From contig NW_025964223.1 of NCBI RefSeq assembly GCF_023055435.1, positions 43,896,001 through 43,960,000 on the forward strand: a DNA stretch of 64,000 nt, read 5' to 3'. The notes beneath the pieces are model-generated. The model saw nothing but the letters and a program-made list of their open reading frames with translations, did not search any database and was not told the DNA's origin. Numbering within the stretch: position 1 is the first letter of the stretch; the number at the start of each line of letters is the position of its first letter. Shown piece after piece: positions 62,131 to 64,000 of this stretch. The translations under genes and the position numbers were made by a program. This stretch comes from Haliotis rufescens (taxonomy: Eukaryota).

Positions 62131-62764
62131 TTTCGAGATGTCTTATTTCTGGTAAATAATGTTAGCCTGGGCATATCAGATAGCTGTAGTAATATTCTGT
62201 GTCATTTTAGTTGTAAATATCCCCTTAAAGTTGAGATCTATGGGCATGTACTTTTGGAGAAGACAATTTTTTTCAATTTCATCTATAATTCTTTTTAGAT
62301 GTTAAGCTGTTTAATGAACAAACATCAGTTCTAATACATGTATGATGATATCCTTAAATTTCATGTTCAGACTTCCAGATTATTCTGAGTGAAAGTATAA
62401 ACTCTTCGACTGTGTGCTCACTTGGGCCTTTGGTCCTAGTGAGATGATAATATGAATATTTGTAAAGGTACAAATACTTGTTATGAGCATACCAGCTTCA
62501 TTTAAGTTTGAAACACAATATGCCTCACTCTGAGGGTGACATGTACCAGATTTCATCACATTGCAGAGAGCTGTTCCTCAGTTACTGTGAACTTTTTTAC
62601 TGAAAGACATTGAAAGCTAAATTGACCTTCAATATCAGTTGCGACTATTTCAAAAACAATTGTAAAGTGCTTCATTCAGTGTAATATTGACAAACATATG
62701 ACAATGATATACAACTATGTGTATAAGAGTTATTTAGACTTCTGCGGGAAAAGGCACATTAGAG

Positions 62765-63395
62765 AACAAGAGTCATCAGAAAGATGACATATCCCCCCGG
62801 CAGCTGTCTGTAAAGTAACCACTAGTGCATTTCTGTATGTAATGAGTCAACAGTTGAATGTTCTTTAAGAAGCATACATTGTTTACCCACAAAAGATCCA
62901 CCATGGTCACATCCATATGAATGCCAAGTTTCAATCAAATACATTGAATGGTTTTCTAATTCTGCCCCAGAAATGAACCTCATCCCCAATTGAGTCTATG
63001 TCCAACTTGATTCCATTAAAAAAAAATAAAAAATAAAAATTAGAAAAATCCCAAAATTTGAAAGGCACCACTTCAGTATGTGCATGATAGCTTTGCCAAG
63101 TTTCGATCAAATACACTGAATGGTTTTCGAATTCTGCCCCGGAAACGAACCCCATCCCCAATTGAGTCTATGTCCAACTTCATTCCATAAAAAAATTAAA
63201 AAATAAAAATTAGAAAAATCCCAAAATATCAAAAGGCACCACTTCAGTATGTGCCTGATAAGAGTTGCCAAGTTTCGATCAAATACACTGAATGGTTTGG
63301 GAATCCTGCCCCGGAAAAGGAAATGATTACGGACGGACAGACGGACAGACAGGCTGATCACTATATCCCCCGTATTATATGCCGGGGGATAAAAA
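62765..63395 (-). mobile_element. Helentron-associated non-autonomous element (HINE/DINE-1/Pearl-like)
   Basis: Sub-terminal inverted ATCCCCC/GGGGGAT, (GGAC/AGAC)n microsatellite, ~178-bp internal tandem repeats, and a terminal palindrome gtcatc-agaaa-gatgac. Confidence 0.72.
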
Positions 63396-64000
63396 GTAAG
63401 TGTATGACCTTTTGCCAACTTCTATCCCTGCCCTAAGGAAGAGTTTGGCCATTAACAATTTTTTTGTCTGGCTGTGACATTGACCTTTGACATAGCAGAT
63501 CAATGTGTTATTCCAAAGATGTCCAAGCAATGCATGGTTTTATACGATAACTGTGGCTATCAAACTGAGGCAAAATATTGGAAAATCCCCATTTACACAG
63601 CTGGCTAAAGAAACAAACAACAAACAAATTATCAATTTCTTTTATTTATATGCATATATCACACATTGAACAGTGTTCATATAATGGTTCCTGATGCAGT
63701 ATGCACTTTCCTCCTATTCTTCAATACTCATAACAGAGCGGGATAACTGTTCGCTTGAAAGCATCAGCAGACCATGCTCACCAGTTCAGAGTTACTTGCC
63801 CTCAAACATCCTTTTCCTTCTATATTGCCATGGAAAAACAGGAACCAGGATGAGGGGAGGCCAGATGGGCTCTATCCCTGTTGCATTGTGTTAGTAGAAT
63901 TGTGAACATTCTATTTGGTGTTTGGGTCCACATTTATAGACAAGTAGTCGCAAACATCATTCCTTTCAAGTGATTACCACATGGCCAAAGACAATAATTT

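Overview
AT-rich eukaryotic (animal) genomic DNA with two assembly gaps. The SINE families look molluscan, probably gastropod/abalone-like (my inference, not verified). The ORF track is mostly noise, but splicing + strand exons by hand gives a head-to-tail cluster of seven members of one family of single-pass type I membrane receptors: A1 (5' part outside window), A2, B, C1, C2 (nonsense pseudogene), C3 and C4 (exon 1 only). They share one exon plan: signal-peptide exon (phase 1), 105-122 aa Cys-rich ectodomain exon (phase 1), Ser/Thr stalk exon(s) that supply the last ectodomain Cys (phase 1), TM exon (phase 2), and a single cytoplasmic exon. Tails differ by subfamily. A has four repeated YED[V/I/M] motifs plus a C-terminal YAKV. 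C has an ITAM-like YSGL-x10-YDxI plus NPY[IN/TS]V. B has neither and ends in NFVY. The cluster shows birth-and-death evolution: segmental duplications, stalk-exon triplication, intronic pseudo-exons, and a variable ectodomain with a conserved tail. It resembles an undescribed invertebrate paired-receptor (immune or recognition) locus. The rest is SINEs, MITE/DNA-transposon and LINE relics, and mini/microsatellites.
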